A stretch of DNA of 32,000 nt from Telmatocola sphagniphila (GCF_018398935.1 NZ_CP074694.1:2730001-2762000); one strand, 5' to 3'; shown: positions 18,601 to 26,309, numbered from the stretch's first letter. Notes: generated by a model from the sequence alone, not told the origin. Translations and numbers: made by a program.

Positions 18601-20500
18601 CCCGAGGAGCATTCAGGTCCAGACCCGCCCCCTGCTCGATCCAATTGCGGAGGATCTGGTAGTAAGGATCGCCCGGCTTGGTCAATTGTCCGCCGACGTG
18701 CGGAACAGCATTAGTAATCTTGAGCAGCAGCAAGCTATCGTCCGGAGAAGCAATATTGACTCGTCGGCTGGCCAGTTCATCGGTTAAGGCGCGGACGTCG
18801 AAAATCGGGTCGTAGCCGCGCAGAGACAATTTGAAGCCATTTTTGCCCTGGGCCGAGCCGTGGCAGGTTCCGGCATTGCAACCCATGCGCGAGAGAATCG
18901 GCTGAACATCCTGAATGAAGTCCACTTTGTGGGACTGTTTGATGTCCCCAGTCGACTTGTAAGAAACCTTGGTGACTTCTGTCTTCGAGGGTTCAGTACT
19001 TTGAGTGGCGACTTGCAACGTGATGGCCGAGAATTCTTTCTCGGTCTTTCCCGTTTCCGGATTCACCAGTCGGATAACGCCATCCGCTCCGGCGACAGCC
19101 AGCTGCTTGCTGTTCGGGTGGAAAGCGACGGCAAACAGAGCCGTTTTCACGTTCTCCACATTCGCATACCGTTTGATGTCTTTCTTCAGAAACTCGGCCA
19201 GCTTGTCTTTCTCGCCCTGCGAACGGGTATTCACGACCTTCTGATTGATTTGGCGAAGATCCCCCGGCAGATCGGGATTGAATTCATAACCGTAAACACT
19301 GATTTGGCCTTTGCCATCCAGACTGCTCACGGCGGCAATCCGCTTGCCATCCGCGGAAACGGCCAGGCCGTTCACTCGGCCAGTCATGGGAGGAAGTTCG
19401 CGAACCAGATTTGCATCATCCCCGATGACTCGAGCCGTTTGACGATACACGCGATAAACTTTTGGTTGGCCATCGGCCCCGCCGATGACGATTTCTTCCC
19501 GTTTAGGATGTTTGGCGACGCAGATGAGACCCCCCTTGAGGCCTCCCGGCGTAATACTGGTAATGTTGTCGATAAACCGCTGCGAAGCCAGTTCTGTAAG
19601 TTTGACCGTCCGATCCCGGCTGACCGAAATCACGTGCGTACCATCATTCGTAAAGCAGGTATCCAGCGCCCAGTCGCTATGCGAACCTTGATAAAGCACC
19701 TGCTCTCCCGAGGAAGTATCTATCACTCGGACTGTGTTGTCGGCACAACCGAAAGCCACCTTGCTGCTGTCGGGAGACCAGGAAACCCCGTAAAGAGTGT
19801 CGAAAGTTACGGAGTGGGACAGTTTCAATTTCTTCTTTTCGACGTCCCAGATCTGAATTTCGCCTGCTCGGCCCGGCAAACCACCGGCCACTGCCAGAAG
19901 TTTCCCATTCGGCGAAAACCGTAGCGACTGAATTCGTTCCGCCAAACCAATGAGACGACTTTCCAGTTTGCTGCCGTCGCTGTTCCACAGCAGAACCTCG
20001 TGGAAACCGGTCACGGCGAGATATTTGCCATCAGGGGAATAATCGAGGCCGGAGATCACTGGCTGGCGGGTGTAGATCGGCGGATGATCGGAATCGAACT
20101 TAGCGCGAGCATTTGTCGGCGTATCGTCGCTGGCCCCTTCAAGGATCCATTTTTTTATCAAGTCGATCTCGGCCGGTTCAAGCGGTTTTTTCTTCTCCGG
20201 CATTCGGGCTTTCCCCTTGGCGTCCGGCATAATTTGGGCTACCAGATTGCTCTGTTCGGGATGCCCGGCCACAATCGCTTTTTTCTGGCTTTCGCCGCTG
20301 GCGATCAGCTTTTCAAAGCTCGTCATGAGATAGTCGCCGCGAGCCTTGGCCGGCTGATGGCAGCCGACGCAGTTCGCCTGGAATATGGGCATAATCTGCT
20401 TTGAAAAACTGATCTTGGCCGGTGGCGTTTTGGGTTCTTCGGCCCAAGCGAATATCGGCAAAACCAGCAAACATAATGCGGAGAGTGTCGGTCGAGTCAT
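15695..20500 (-). CDS. Giant secreted PSCyt1-WD40-PSCyt2/DUF1549-Big_2-DUF1553-coiled-coil-PSD1 protein (1601 aa)
   Basis: - Signal peptide, then the heme-type CxxCH motif (NCVGCH, 20357-20374).
- WD40-like repeats follow (e.g. DNTVRVID, DRTVKLTEL).
- A second Cys motif is MGCNAGTCHGSAQGKNGFKLSLRGYDP.
- An Ig-like segment is present.
- DUF1549 motifs are present (DFIRRVYLDLTGLPPT, WTNKWADLL).
- CNKCHDHPFERWTQDQYY follows, then a long E/K-rich coiled coil.
- The C-terminus LAWALINSPAFLFNR is typical of DUF1553/PSD1. Confidence 0.9.
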   Translation of the reverse strand: MTRPTLSALCLLVLPIFAWAEEPKTPPAKISFSKQIMPIFQANCVGCHQPAKARGDYLMTSFEKLIASGESQKKAIVAGHPEQSNLVAQIMPDAKGKARMPEKKKPLEPAEIDLIKKWILEGASDDTPTNARAKFDSDHPPIYTRQPVISGLDYSPDGKYLAVTGFHEVLLWNSDGSKLESRLIGLAERIQSLRFSPNGKLLAVAGGLPGRAGEIQIWDVEKKKLKLSHSVTFDTLYGVSWSPDSSKVAFGCADNTVRVIDTSSGEQVLYQGSHSDWALDTCFTNDGTHVISVSRDRTVKLTELASQRFIDNITSITPGGLKGGLICVAKHPKREEIVIGGADGQPKVYRVYRQTARVIGDDANLVRELPPMTGRVNGLAVSADGKRIAAVSSLDGKGQISVYGYEFNPDLPGDLRQINQKVVNTRSQGEKDKLAEFLKKDIKRYANVENVKTALFAVAFHPNSKQLAVAGADGVIRLVNPETGKTEKEFSAITLQVATQSTEPSKTEVTKVSYKSTGDIKQSHKVDFIQDVQPILSRMGCNAGTCHGSAQGKNGFKLSLRGYDPIFDVRALTDELASRRVNIASPDDSLLLLKITNAVPHVGGQLTKPGDPYYQILRNWIEQGAGLDLNAPRVVSIEVTPQNPVIEKIGDAQPLTVIAKFADGKTRDVTKEAFLDSGNTETATVDRSAKMTAIRRGEAAVLARYEGAYAATTLTVMGDRTGFEWKEPEKYNRIDELVANKWKRLKIQPSELCSDTDFIRRVYLDLTGLPPTAQAVRDFVADKQPTRNKREQLIQKLIGSADYVEFWTNKWADLLQVNRKFLGTDGAAEFRKWIRTEVQKNTPYNEFVTKILTANGSNKENPPASYFKILRDPTAMMENTTHLFLGVRFNCNKCHDHPFERWTQDQYYQTSAYFARVQLAADPKAGGQNIGGTDVERPKPLYEIVSEKKDGEVTHDRTGQPAVPKFPYPAAHEAKGDSRRVELAAWITSPDNPYFARSFVNRLWGYTFGTGIIEPIDDIRAGNPPTNPELLDYLTREFIQSNFNVQHVLKLIVSSRTYQLSIDTNKWNEDDKINFAHGNARRLPAEVLFDAVQRVTGAQSHFPGVKAGIRAAELPDSGIELPDGFLNNLGRPVRESACECERSAGLQLGPVMALVNGRTIGDSIAQDNNALAQLVAKIPEDRKLIDELFLRILNRPPTAKEVDQTIAAWNEIDVDHQTLTKALAAYEKELAPKREKAEQDRLTQLERAKKELAQYERELEPILKKREEERQKKIQDMEAKFNSFQKDYEKKIFEIEKKFKDEVEWVILDPKTFAGAKENVKLTKLDDKSLLAEKSVAKSNYSITADTNLKGISAFRLELLTTEKAPMKGPGFGPGNGNFVLTQFEVTLGEGKDAKKLKLKSAQSDFSQDNFTAASTIDGQINGGKGWAAAPALGVGHWITFELDKPIDQDGLKTLTFNLLQRFDGGNHCIARFRLSAAVAKKPVGLSISEEWKQILKTPLEKRSAEQKQMSLKYFQLTDVNYRNKVNEMNLARQPLPVDAKLKELKDRVELAGRPLPQDAKLVQMKQDFEISQRQLANKRLTGVQDLAWALINSPAFLFNR

Positions 20501-20667
20501 GAGGAATTCTGTTTCCGTAACGAAAACCCGATGCCGGGAAAACTGCTAATGGCGGGAACGGCCTTAATCGAAAAGATTAAAGCCGCATATTAATGAATAA
20601 CCCAATTTGACGTCCGGGTCAATGATTTTATCGCCCAAAGCGGGTGCGGATTGCTTCGGGGAAGCGA

Positions 20668-21984
20668 TTAGACAAGAGCCGGTTTCGGGCTGCTCGCGGT
20701 GCGAGCGGGGGCCGGTTTTGTATCTTTCACTCGCAAATAAGCCTTTTTCAAACGATGAATGCCTTCGCGGATTCGATCGACCGAGGCATCGCCATAGGTG
20801 ATACGCATTTCGCTATCCGGCAGTGGACCTGCCCCGCGATAAGCGAAGATCCCAGGGACATAAAGTACCCCTTCGGACATGGCGGCCTTCAGAAATTCGC
20901 TTTGAAGCCCTGTGGAGATATGCTCCGGCAACTTTAACCATACGAACATGCCCCCGGTCGGCTTGGTCCAGGTCACTTCCGGGTAGGCGGCGAAATTCGA
21001 CTCGAGTGCCTCCAGCATCACCCGGCTCTTCTTGCCATAGACTTCCTGCAATTCGAGCACATGTTTCTGATAATCCCCATTCTCCAGAAGCCGGTCAACT
21101 GTGTGCTGCGTCAGGTTGCTCGATCCGAAATCGTGGTTGGCTTTGATAATCAGAATGGGCCGAACCAATTCGGTCGGCATCAAAGCGTAGCCGCTCTTCA
21201 GCCCGGGAGAACAGGGTTTGGAGAAAGTCCCGGCGTAAACCACAAATTTGTTTTCGGGATCCATGCTCTTCAAGCTGGGGATATCGGGACCATCGAAACG
21301 AAGTTCGCGATAAGCGGCATCTTCGACGATCACGGCTCGGAGCCGATTCGACCAGCGATTCATCAGGGCCATCAGTTCCTTACGGCGAGCCAGGCTCAGC
21401 GTTCGGCCTGACGGATTCTGATAATAATCCACAGTGTAGATGATTTTGATCCGGGGTAGATTCCCGGCTGCTTCGATCTGCTTCAGCCTTTCTTCCAGGG
21501 CGTGAATTTGCATTCCCTCTTCGTCCATGGGAATACTAACCACTTCCGCTCCGCGACCGGCCAGTACCGCCTGATAGACGAAGTAGCTGGGGGCCTCGGT
21601 AATAACGATATCCCCTTCATCGATGAGGACTTCGCTGAGGATATACAGAAGTTGCTGGGAGCCTGTGGTGACTACGATGTCCTTCGGGCTAAACGTCGTG
21701 CTCGACTTGTCGAGACTCGCCAAGTGTTTGGCAATCTTTTCACGGAGGGGCAAGTGTCCCTGGGTCGTGCCATATTGCAAAGCTTCGCGGGCTTTGGTGG
21801 GATCGCCCAGAATATCGTTGAGAGCCGAAGAGATTTCCTGAACGGGTAACGATCCGGTGTCGACCAACCCGGCGGCCAGACTGATGATATCCTGATTTTC
21901 GACAGCCTGCTGCATGAAGTAGCTAATGGGTGACTCTGGGGTCCGCTTGCTGACTTCGGAAAATCCAAAACGGGATTGCTGCAT
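20668..21984 (-). CDS. PLP-dependent aminotransferase, class I/II fold
   Basis: It carries the motifs YYQNPSGRTL and YAGTFSKPCSPGLKSGY (PLP-lysine context). GGGAG lies 6 nt upstream of the ATG. Substrate specificity cannot be assigned from sequence alone. Confidence 0.85.
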   Translation of the reverse strand: MQQSRFGFSEVSKRTPESPISYFMQQAVENQDIISLAAGLVDTGSLPVQEISSALNDILGDPTKAREALQYGTTQGHLPLREKIAKHLASLDKSSTTFSPKDIVVTTGSQQLLYILSEVLIDEGDIVITEAPSYFVYQAVLAGRGAEVVSIPMDEEGMQIHALEERLKQIEAAGNLPRIKIIYTVDYYQNPSGRTLSLARRKELMALMNRWSNRLRAVIVEDAAYRELRFDGPDIPSLKSMDPENKFVVYAGTFSKPCSPGLKSGYALMPTELVRPILIIKANHDFGSSNLTQHTVDRLLENGDYQKHVLELQEVYGKKSRVMLEALESNFAAYPEVTWTKPTGGMFVWLKLPEHISTGLQSEFLKAAMSEGVLYVPGIFAYRGAGPLPDSEMRITYGDASVDRIREGIHRLKKAYLRVKDTKPAPARTASSPKPALV

Positions 21985-22002
21985 GATCGACTCCCTAAAC
22001 GC

Positions 22003-22027
22003 AAAAAGCCCCGGTGCAAACCGAGGC
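22003..22027 (-). terminator. Intrinsic-terminator-like hairpin plus U-tract inside the aminotransferase leader (candidate attenuator or 3' end of an unannotated RNA)
   Basis: The minus strand reads gcctcgg-tttgca-ccggggc-ttttt, a 7-bp stem with one G-U pair followed by T5. It ends 18 nt upstream of ATG 21984, just 5' of the GGGAG ribosome-binding site. Confidence 0.35.
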
Positions 22028-22449
22028 CGATGACTATTCTTCCAATCGGACCCGGCTCAGGATGGTTCATTAATAGCTGAAAGAGCCCACCCGATGACCG
22101 GGACGACTTTCGCAGATCGGCCATTTAGAGGATTTGCCACCCACATACCTAATCTTCGTACTAACAACTATATGTCGAACGATATTCGAAACAAGCCAGA
22201 ACCCCGCGATGCTAGAGACAATACCGGGTTAGGTTAGGCTGGGGAGTAACGATTTTGTTGGCGATCTCACGACTAGAAGCGTGGCCTTCAAAAGCAGCCG
22301 CTAAAACCGGCATAGTTGTTGTGACCCCTGCAAATTTCGCAAAAACCCTGACTGATTCCGGCCTGTTTCCCGGCGTCATTTGCCTCAGGATCTACGATTG
22401 AGTGCCGATTGTAATTCCTACACAACACTTAACTCCCGAGAGTTAAATC

Positions 22450-22605
22450 ATGAAACGTTTAGCCTTCATTTGCATCGCCCTGTTCCTTCCCTTTCTGAGC
22501 GGTTGCGGATCCTGGCGGCCGCATTGTTGCGAACGCAAGGAACGCTGCGATAATTACGGCGCTCAACTGGCCCCGGCACCGCGCCCGGCGAACTGCTGCA
22601 ATTAA
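22450..22605 (+). CDS. Small Cys-rich lipoprotein (51 aa), not in the ORF track
   Basis: Manual translation gives MKRLAFICIALFLPFLSGCGSWRPHCCERKERCDNYGAQLAPAPRPANCCN*. It has a type II signal with lipobox LSGC. It resembles the N-terminus of the next gene (lipobox followed by a CC pair, Trp, His and basic residues). Confidence 0.5.
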   Translation: MKRLAFICIALFLPFLSGCGSWRPHCCERKERCDNYGAQLAPAPRPANCCN

Positions 22606-22766
22606 TCGAAGAATTGCGAAAAATGGGATTTCACTGAAGGATCGCTACGATTCTTCCAACACTTCCCTGACAGAATTGAATTTCGCAAACTTCCAGACTT
22701 AGCTATCTTCCGCAACATCCTTCGATCCGATGAATTGAAATGATTCTCATGCGAAGGAGTTGTGAA

Positions 22767-23099
22767 ATGACCCGTCTGGTAACGATATTATTTGCTGGCT
22801 TTACCGCCCTGTGTTCCGGTTGCCATTGCTGTGAAGGCTGGTTCCACAAACACAAAGAACCCTACTACATCAGCGGCAGCTACTCGACACCCATGTACGG
22901 GGGCGTTCCCGTTGCCGCCGGCTGTGGATGCGGCGCGGCCGCACCGGCTGGAGTGATTATCAGCCAATCTCCACCGATCTTTGATCAAACGGTTCCACCG
23001 CCGGTGATTTCGCCTGCCGGACCGTTAGTTCCCGAAAAGAAGATGCCATCGGCTCAGTATCAGCCGATGCCAACCTACCCGGTTTCGCAGCTCAGGTAA
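22767..23099 (+). CDS. Small Cys-rich, Pro-rich lipoprotein (110 aa)
   Basis: AGGAG lies 7 nt upstream of ATG 22767; the ORF-track start at 22740 lacks a ribosome-binding site. The product is MTRLVTILFAGFTALCSGCHCCEGWFHKHK..., with lipobox LCSGC, a GCGCG motif and a Pro-rich C-terminus. Its 3' end overlaps the tsaB 3' end by 8 nt (convergent genes). Confidence 0.6.
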   Translation: MTRLVTILFAGFTALCSGCHCCEGWFHKHKEPYYISGSYSTPMYGGVPVAAGCGCGAAAPAGVIISQSPPIFDQTVPPPVISPAGPLVPEKKMPSAQYQPMPTYPVSQLR

Positions 23100-23793
23100 T
23101 CTTGATCTGCGATTGCATTTCCTTCGCTTTTTCCTCGGCGGAGCTGCCTCGTAAATAGAGCGGCTCCAAAAGGGATAACTGCGGGCTCACATACTTGCCC
23201 GAATCGACGCACTTTACCATCGCTTTAAAAATCTGCTCTGCCGACAGCAATTCTCGTTCCATCATCGAAATTGGCTCCGGTACGGCAGCACGCAATTTCT
23301 GCTCGCCCATTACTAGAGTGTTCTCCCGGACCTGGTTGAGGACATCAGCTAGCGGCCGAACATTCAGTGGGAATCGTGAGGCAAAGCCGTCCTGTCCGAC
23401 TTCGACAATTTCCGAATAGACCTGCCCTTTCAAGGCATCCGAGACCAATATCAACTGTTTGTATTCCTTCCCCGGAATCTCCCGGAGCCAATCAAAGGTC
23501 GGTATCGCATGCAATGGCACTCGCAAGGCGAAAGCCAATGTCTTCGCGGCCGTCAGCCCAACGCGAAGTCCGGTGTAACCTCCCGGACCGATGGAGAGGG
23601 CAATCCCAGCCAGAGTCTTTAATTCAATCTTCGCCTCCGAGGCTAAATCTCGAATAGCGACCAATAGATCGCGAGCATGCCGCTGGCCAGTTTGCAGGGT
23701 TCGGTGGAGTGGTTGGCCGCCGGGCAAAATCAGCCCGACACGGCCCGGCAAACCACTGGTCTCAATTAGTAATATTCCGCACGGCTGTTGCAT
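23092..23793 (-). CDS. tsaB: tRNA t6A37 biosynthesis protein TsaB (YeaZ)
   Basis: It has the N-terminal ILLIETSG motif and the TsaB core GIALSIGPGGYTGLRVGLTAAKTLAFAL. I chose the start MQQPCGILLIETSG (23793) by analogy to TsaB N-termini. Alternative starts lie at 23826 (MNRS) and 23877 (ORF-track). Confidence 0.8.
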   Translation of the reverse strand: MQQPCGILLIETSGLPGRVGLILPGGQPLHRTLQTGQRHARDLLVAIRDLASEAKIELKTLAGIALSIGPGGYTGLRVGLTAAKTLAFALRVPLHAIPTFDWLREIPGKEYKQLILVSDALKGQVYSEIVEVGQDGFASRFPLNVRPLADVLNQVRENTLVMGEQKLRAAVPEPISMMERELLSAEQIFKAMVKCVDSGKYVSPQLSLLEPLYLRGSSAEEKAKEMQSQIKIT

Positions 23794-23855
23794 CGTCACT
23801 TCGTATATTTGTTGAGAACGATTCATTATCTTCACCAGTGTAGCGAAAGCGGAAC

Positions 23856-24467
23856 ATGGCACGTAGTGGAACCGCAAACGTGGATGGAGGAAGCCGCGGC
23901 AATCCCGGTCCTGCCTCCTGGGCTTTTGTGCTGAAAGACGATGCGGACGGCGAAGTCATCGAGCGCACGGCATTCATGGGGCAAGCCACCAATAATGTGG
24001 CCGAGTACACCGCCCTTCTGGAACTCCTGGACTATGCCACCGCGCACCAGTTCAAAAAATTGAAAGTGTATAGCGATAGCGAGCTGATGGTTCGGCAAAT
24101 ATCCGGAGTTTATAAGGTCAAAAACGCCGATCTGTTGCCGCTTTACGAAGAAGCAAAAGAACTGATCGAGCAATTGCAGTCATTCGAGATCATCCACGTT
24201 CGTCGCGAACTGAATAAGCGCGCCGATGAGCTGTGCAATAAGTCCTTGGATGCCGAAGAAAAAAAACTGGGAGTCGCCGCGCCCGAGAAGAAAGCGAAAG
24301 CCAAACCGACGGCCAGCCCCGCTCAGAAGGACTTGAGGGAACGCTGTCTGCCTTTAATCGAGTTTTACGCCGAGGATTGGCGCAACGGCTCCCCGGTGAA
24401 ACCGTTTTCCGAAATGCTGCTGAAGGAACTTCTGAATGCCATTGAGGGCAAAAATTCCGAGGACTGA
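23856..24467 (+). CDS. rnhA: RNase H type 1 (archaeal-like RNase HI fold) with a ~70-aa Lys-rich C-terminal extension
   Basis: The DEDD catalytic contexts are visible: NVDGGSRGNPGPAS, NNVAEYTALL, VYSDSELMV and NKRADELCN. It is divergent from tsaB. Confidence 0.8.
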   Translation: MARSGTANVDGGSRGNPGPASWAFVLKDDADGEVIERTAFMGQATNNVAEYTALLELLDYATAHQFKKLKVYSDSELMVRQISGVYKVKNADLLPLYEEAKELIEQLQSFEIIHVRRELNKRADELCNKSLDAEEKKLGVAAPEKKAKAKPTASPAQKDLRERCLPLIEFYAEDWRNGSPVKPFSEMLLKELLNAIEGKNSED

Positions 24468-24541
24468 AGCGTAACATCTGGAAATTCCGGCTGTAGAAAT
24501 GTTCATGAAGCAGCGAATCTCGAAATGGCAAAGGAATCGAA

Positions 24542-25150
24542 ATGAATACTCTGAAAATCGCCCAGCCCGCTCATCCCATTCACGATCTAGTCAAGCAACG
24601 TTGGAGCCCCTACGGCTTTTCGGATCGGGCAGTTTCCTCAACCGATTTGCAATCGCTCTTTGAAGCCGCTCGCTGGGCTGCGTCTTCTTACAACGAACAG
24701 CCTTGGAGCTACATCGTAGCCGCCAAATCAGATTCGACGGCGTTTGCCAAGCTGCTTTCCTGTCTGACGGAAGGAAATCAGGCTTGGGCGGCGGCCGTGC
24801 CAGTTCTCGCCATCGGCTGCACGAGTTTAAATTTTTCGAAGAATGGCAAGCCGAACGCGGCGGCCTTTCACGATCTCGGTCTGGCCAGTGCGACGTTGAC
24901 TTTTGAAGCGACGGCCCGCGGTCTGGTAGTTCATCAAATGATTGGCATCCTGCCGGACAAAGTTAGAGAACTCTATGCAGTACCAGAGGGGGTGCAGCCG
25001 TTTACGGGGTTGGCGATTGGCTATGCCGCCGATCCGGAGAAGCTGCCCGAGCCTTTGAAGCAGCGGGAACTGACGCCCCGCAGCCGGAAGCCGATCACGG
25101 ATTTCGTTTTTGGGGATAAGTGGGGCACGAAGTCGGGGTTGGTGGAGTAA
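24542..25150 (+). CDS. Nitroreductase-family FMN oxidoreductase
   Basis: It has the motif RWSPYGFSDRAVSSTDLQSLFEAARWAASSYNEQPWSYIV. Its size (202 aa) is typical of the family. Confidence 0.8.
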   Translation: MNTLKIAQPAHPIHDLVKQRWSPYGFSDRAVSSTDLQSLFEAARWAASSYNEQPWSYIVAAKSDSTAFAKLLSCLTEGNQAWAAAVPVLAIGCTSLNFSKNGKPNAAAFHDLGLASATLTFEATARGLVVHQMIGILPDKVRELYAVPEGVQPFTGLAIGYAADPEKLPEPLKQRELTPRSRKPITDFVFGDKWGTKSGLVE

Positions 25151-25284
25151 ACGAGAAGCGTACACGCACTGGCAAATTGCCAGTCCCACCTAAACCATCG
25201 CTATTTCCGATTTTACATCAATCTGCAGCAGTCGAAATCTTCATTCAAAACATAACTGGTGGTGGCCGAAAAATCACTGGAGAG

Positions 25285-25680
25285 CTAGTTTCCATACTGC
25301 TCTTCGCTGACGTGCTCCAGCCAATCCACGGCTTTGCCGTCCAGCTTTTCTTGAATCGCAGTATGAGTCATGGCCGTGGTCGAAGTCGCACCATGCCAAT
25401 GTTTCTCTCCCGGTGGAAACCAAATCACCTCGCCGGGCCGAATTTCTTCGATTGGCCCACCCCAACGTTGAGCCCAACCGCAACCCGAAGTTACGATCAG
25501 AGTCTGGCCGAGCGGATGCGTGTGCCAGGCAGTTCGAGCCCCCGGTTCGAAGGTCACACTGGCAGCCGATGCTCGACCTGGTTCGGGGACTTCAAACAGA
25601 GGGTCGATCCGCACGGTGCCGGTAAACCAGTCTGCCGGTCCCTTTTTCGAAGGCTGGGAGCCGATTCGCTTGATTTCCAT
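25285..25680 (-). CDS. Cupin-domain protein
   Basis: Two cupin motifs are present: [21 protein letters not shown] and [17 protein letters not shown]. The protein is 131 aa. Confidence 0.85.
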   Translation of the reverse strand: MEIKRIGSQPSKKGPADWFTGTVRIDPLFEVPEPGRASAASVTFEPGARTAWHTHPLGQTLIVTSGCGWAQRWGGPIEEIRPGEVIWFPPGEKHWHGATSTTAMTHTAIQEKLDGKAVDWLEHVSEEQYGN

Positions 25681-25910
25681 GTTGAGAACTTCCTTCCCTA
25701 AATCCGTTCGAGCCTCTGAGCTAAGGACAAGGTGATCATATAGAGTGTGGAAGCTTTGAAATCGATGTAACTGCGGTCAGACATCACTCTTTCTAGGAAA
25801 GATCTTAATCAAGCATGATAGACTGAATTTTCGAGGAAGCACATCGGGCCTTACGGCTTACAATTCAATCAGTTTTCAAGTTCAATCGCGGAGCCAGAAA
25901 ATGTCTCAAC

Positions 25911-26309
25911 GTGAGCGTGTCGCAACCAGAGGTTTTTAAACGGTTTCTGAATCCATACTATCTATTTTTGTATTTTATGGCGTTCCTCACGTGGCAATTC
26001 GCACTTTCCCTCAGATTCGATGATTTTGATGATTCAAAGGAAGCGGCCTCTCGCTCTGATGCGATGAATGTCGCTGAAGCTTGCGATCTCTACAAAAATC
26101 GACTTGGAAAATATCCTCAGAATCTCGATCAGCTTTTACAGCCACCCGATGGCGGACGCCCATTTCTCAACTCGGGGAGTGACCTCTTCGATCAGTGGGG
26201 TCATAAATTCTTCAACGATTCGAACGGCCCGAGTAACAACGGAAGGAGGGTCGATATCTGGACGATTGATCCAAATACTGGAAAAATCATCGGCAACTGG
26301 AGTAAGTAG
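25911..26309 (+). CDS. GspG globular-domain paralog 1 with a non-prepilin N-terminus; the 5' end is uncertain (possible +1 frameshift, uORF or decayed signal)
   Basis: The C-terminal ~95 aa aligns closely with GspG at 10032..10445 (CDLYKNRLGKYPQNLDQLLQPPDGGRPFLNSGSDLFDQWGHKF...VDIWTIDPNTGKIIGNWSK). The only in-frame start is GTG 25911, which has no ribosome-binding site. An ATG at 25901 has a good GGAG but is in the -1 register and stops after 12 codons (MSQRERVATRGF*). Confidence 0.6.
   Translation: MSVSQPEVFKRFLNPYYLFLYFMAFLTWQFALSLRFDDFDDSKEAASRSDAMNVAEACDLYKNRLGKYPQNLDQLLQPPDGGRPFLNSGSDLFDQWGHKFFNDSNGPSNNGRRVDIWTIDPNTGKIIGNWSK

Noticed and set aside
20560-20584. A hairpin (ggccttaatc-gaaaa-gattaaagcc) downstream of the aminotransferase gene
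   Set aside because: It pairs 9 of 10 bp but is AT-rich, has no U-tract on the minus strand, and lies ~85 nt after the stop. The evidence is not sufficient for a terminator call.
21672-22124. A 150-aa minus-strand ORF overlapping the aminotransferase 5' end and leader
   Set aside because: It is in a different frame from a well-supported gene. It has an Arg/Ser/Pro-rich composition and no motifs, so I treat it as spurious.
22030-22440. The 465-nt intergenic region, checked by eye for RNase P, SRP and tmRNA signatures
   Set aside because: A gcgaaagtcgtcccgg segment superficially resembles the RNase P GAGGAAAGUCC box, but the other conserved regions are absent. No SRP or tmRNA hallmarks were found.
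22429-22446. A hairpin (ttaactc-ccga-gagttaa) directly upstream of the small lipoprotein ATG, considered as a translational control element or RNA thermometer
   Set aside because: It is a short AT-rich 7-bp stem with no clear ribosome-binding site being sequestered. It is indistinguishable from chance without conservation data.
25168-25184. A hairpin (actggca-aat-tgccagt) between the convergent nitroreductase and cupin genes, considered as a bidirectional terminator
   Set aside because: It has only a 7-bp stem with a 3-nt loop and no flanking T or A tracts. That is too weak to call a terminator.
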